A DNA stretch of 56,238 bases, from positions 1-56,238 of the forward strand of contig JAMCRC010000025.1 of assembly GCA_023380415.1 (NCBI GenBank). Reading direction: 5' to 3'. Source of the DNA: Patescibacteria group bacterium. Lineage in GTDB: Bacteria; Patescibacteriota; Minisyncoccia; UBA6257; GWB1-50-10. The translations under genes and the position numbers were made by a program. Below are positions 54,689-56,238 of this stretch, piece by piece (positions within the stretch are counted from its first letter, which is position 1; each line of letters opens with the position of its first letter). Under the pieces are notes generated by a model, which worked only from the letters and a program-made list of their open reading frames with translations, had not been told where the DNA came from and did not search any database.

Positions 54689-54705
54689 TCTCGGTTCTGA
54701 TTTCT
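54671..54705. repeat. Degenerate heptamer tandem repeat (5 x NNNTTCT)
   Basis: GTATTCT TTATTCT TCATTCT CGGTTCT GATTTCT. Confidence 0.65.
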
Positions 54706-56238
54706 AATGCGTCGCCTGACACTGGGTTAGCTTGGTTTGACCGGCAGTGAGCGCGGCCTGGATGTTCGAGAGCGTCGTTTGGGCGTTCAGATCTAGGCCG
54801 TTGGCGCTCGATACGGTCTCGGTGATGGCGCTCGAGTTGAACTGGTCCAGTGTGCTCGAAGAGATGGTTGGTGTGTTGAGGGTCGCGAGCCACACGTTGA
54901 TCAGATTGGTCGAAGAGGCCACCTGGACCGTCATTTGATATATGCTGACCGGCGTGGAACTCACGGCGATCGTCAGGTTGCCCTGGGCCCAGCCGAGATC
55001 GGAACTGCTCGAATTGGTCCCGAGGCAGCTAACGAGCGGTTGCAACACGGCAGTGATGAGGGACTGATTCGTCGTCGAGGCCGTCTGAAGGGTCGTCGAG
55101 GCATCGGCGAGAGACTTGGCGGCCTGGTTCAGCTGGACCAGGTATTGATTCTGTATGGCTTGGTTCTGAGCGCTGTTGTACGTATCGTTGGCATTCTGAA
55201 TGTCGGGATTGTTGACGATCTGGTCGACGGTCGGGGCGCCGGCTCCGGAGGAGGGTTTGTTGCTATTCGAGGCCGAGAGCAATATCCCCTGGAGACCGTT
55301 CACGCCGGCCTTGATGAGTCGGTTGAAAGCGGCATCGGCGATCATGGCGATGGCGTTCGAAATGCTCGAGTCGTTTATGGCGAGATCGAGATTGGCGTAC
55401 AAGGCCTTGTTGAGCCCCTGCTCGAAGACCCGGCCCGGGGTCGCCACCTGCAGGTCGCCGCACTCCCAGGAAAGCTGGGAAAGGACCATGAAATCGCGGG
55501 AGTGGGTATCGACGCCCGTTTGGCTCAGAGTATCGTAGGTCATCGGCGGCGGGCTCCCCGGATCCTCATACGGCTTGCCGTTCGTGTCCGAGATGGTCTT
55601 GGCCGCTGTCAGTTTTTGCTGGTTCTGATTGTTGATGACGAACCAGTTGTAGCAGACCTGGGGAGAGTTGAACCCGACGTTCACTTGGGTCTGGAGGGCG
55701 TTCTGGGTGGTCACCTGCTGGACATTGTTGTAGAGGGCGTCCTGGGCGATTATATCCACGCCATACTGGTTATTTTGAGGCGCCAGAAGCTCGCTGTAGC
55801 CGATGAACCCGCCGACCGCGAAGTTCTGGCGGAAAGCGTTGAAGTTCGAAACGATGGAATTAAGCGTGCAGGAACTTGGCTGGTTCAGGGGCTGGGGGGC
55901 GGAGAGCTCCAAGTTCACCTTGAACGTGTAAGGCGAGCAGAGAGTCGGTAAAAGGCTTTGAGCGGTGTCGCCGACGGCCTGCTGGAAAGCCGGCTGGAAT
56001 ACTTGCTGGCCGAAGTTCGTGATGAACTGCGGCTTGCCGCCGTTATTGATCCAGGCGATTATCTCGTCGGTCATCGTATTGATGATCCTTTGCTTGAGAG
56101 CCGAAAGGAACGTCGGCAGGATCTGGTCCTCGACGAACTGCCAAGCGGACTGGGCGATCTTGGCCGGATCGATGACGATGTCGCCTATACCCAAGATGGC
56201 CTGGGCGCGGGGGGCGAAAGCGGTCTGGATCGAAGTGC
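54704..56238 (-). CDS. Secreted T4SS-cluster protein, 5' end beyond window
   Basis: The frame stays open to the window edge (...TAFAPRAQA-ILG, end of a signal peptide). WIN.GG.PQF.TN, several Cys and TPG motifs; Q/N/S/T-rich helical C-terminus. Confidence 0.75.
   Translation of the reverse strand, partial: TSIQTAFAPRAQAILGIGDIVIDPAKIAQSAWQFVEDQILPTFLSALKQRIINTMTDEIIAWINNGGKPQFITNFGQQVFQPAFQQAVGDTAQSLLPTLCSPYTFKVNLELSAPQPLNQPSSCTLNSIVSNFNAFRQNFAVGGFIGYSELLAPQNNQYGVDIIAQDALYNNVQQVTTQNALQTQVNVGFNSPQVCYNWFVINNQNQQKLTAAKTISDTNGKPYEDPGSPPPMTYDTLSQTGVDTHSRDFMVLSQLSWECGDLQVATPGRVFEQGLNKALYANLDLAINDSSISNAIAMIADAAFNRLIKAGVNGLQGILLSASNSNKPSSGAGAPTVDQIVNNPDIQNANDTYNSAQNQAIQNQYLVQLNQAAKSLADASTTLQTASTTNQSLITAVLQPLVSCLGTNSSSSDLGWAQGNLTIAVSSTPVSIYQMTVQVASSTNLINVWLATLNTPTISSSTLDQFNSSAITETVSSANGLDLNAQTTLSNIQAALTAGQTKLTQCQATH

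Noticed and set aside
1..56238. Alternative genetic code (UGA=Gly)
   Set aside because: Conserved genes such as mutM, ruvB, dnaA and polX end at TGA at expected lengths with no internal TGA.

Overview
This 56 kb window reads as a chromosome segment of a Patescibacteria/CPR (Parcubacteria-like) bacterium. That is an inference from gene content: compact housekeeping genes, a stand-alone 5'-3' exonuclease, a membrane-anchored Clp ATPase and a CPR-type T4SS. TGA is used as stop. It contains the replication origin region (dnaN, oriC with DnaA box and DnaA-trios, dnaA, rpmH, rnpA, yidC, jag-like). Translation genes are ileS with an inserted histidine phosphatase, argS, smpB plus tmRNA, infC-rpmI-rplT, rpsT and tRNA-Arg(CCG). 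Repair genes are polX, mutM, ruvABC and a Hef-like helicase. Envelope genes are a Mur ligase, PBP1A, an O-antigen ligase and a PilB/GspE ATPase. The right end holds more than 11 kb of a VirB4/PrgI/VirB6/pilin cluster. The left end is an accessory island: a GHKL ATPase missing from the ORF track and a tandem-HTH protein, divergent from a small ORF plus a ParB/Srx-like gene. The main unexplained signals are a three-copy dispersed 71-nt hairpin family with covariation, two candidate structured RNAs with their own promoters, a tRNA nested in a CDS, a pilin fused to an M15-like peptidase, heptamer repeat tracts, and a split between leaderless core genes and SD-led accessory genes. All calls come from manual reading; no database searches were run.
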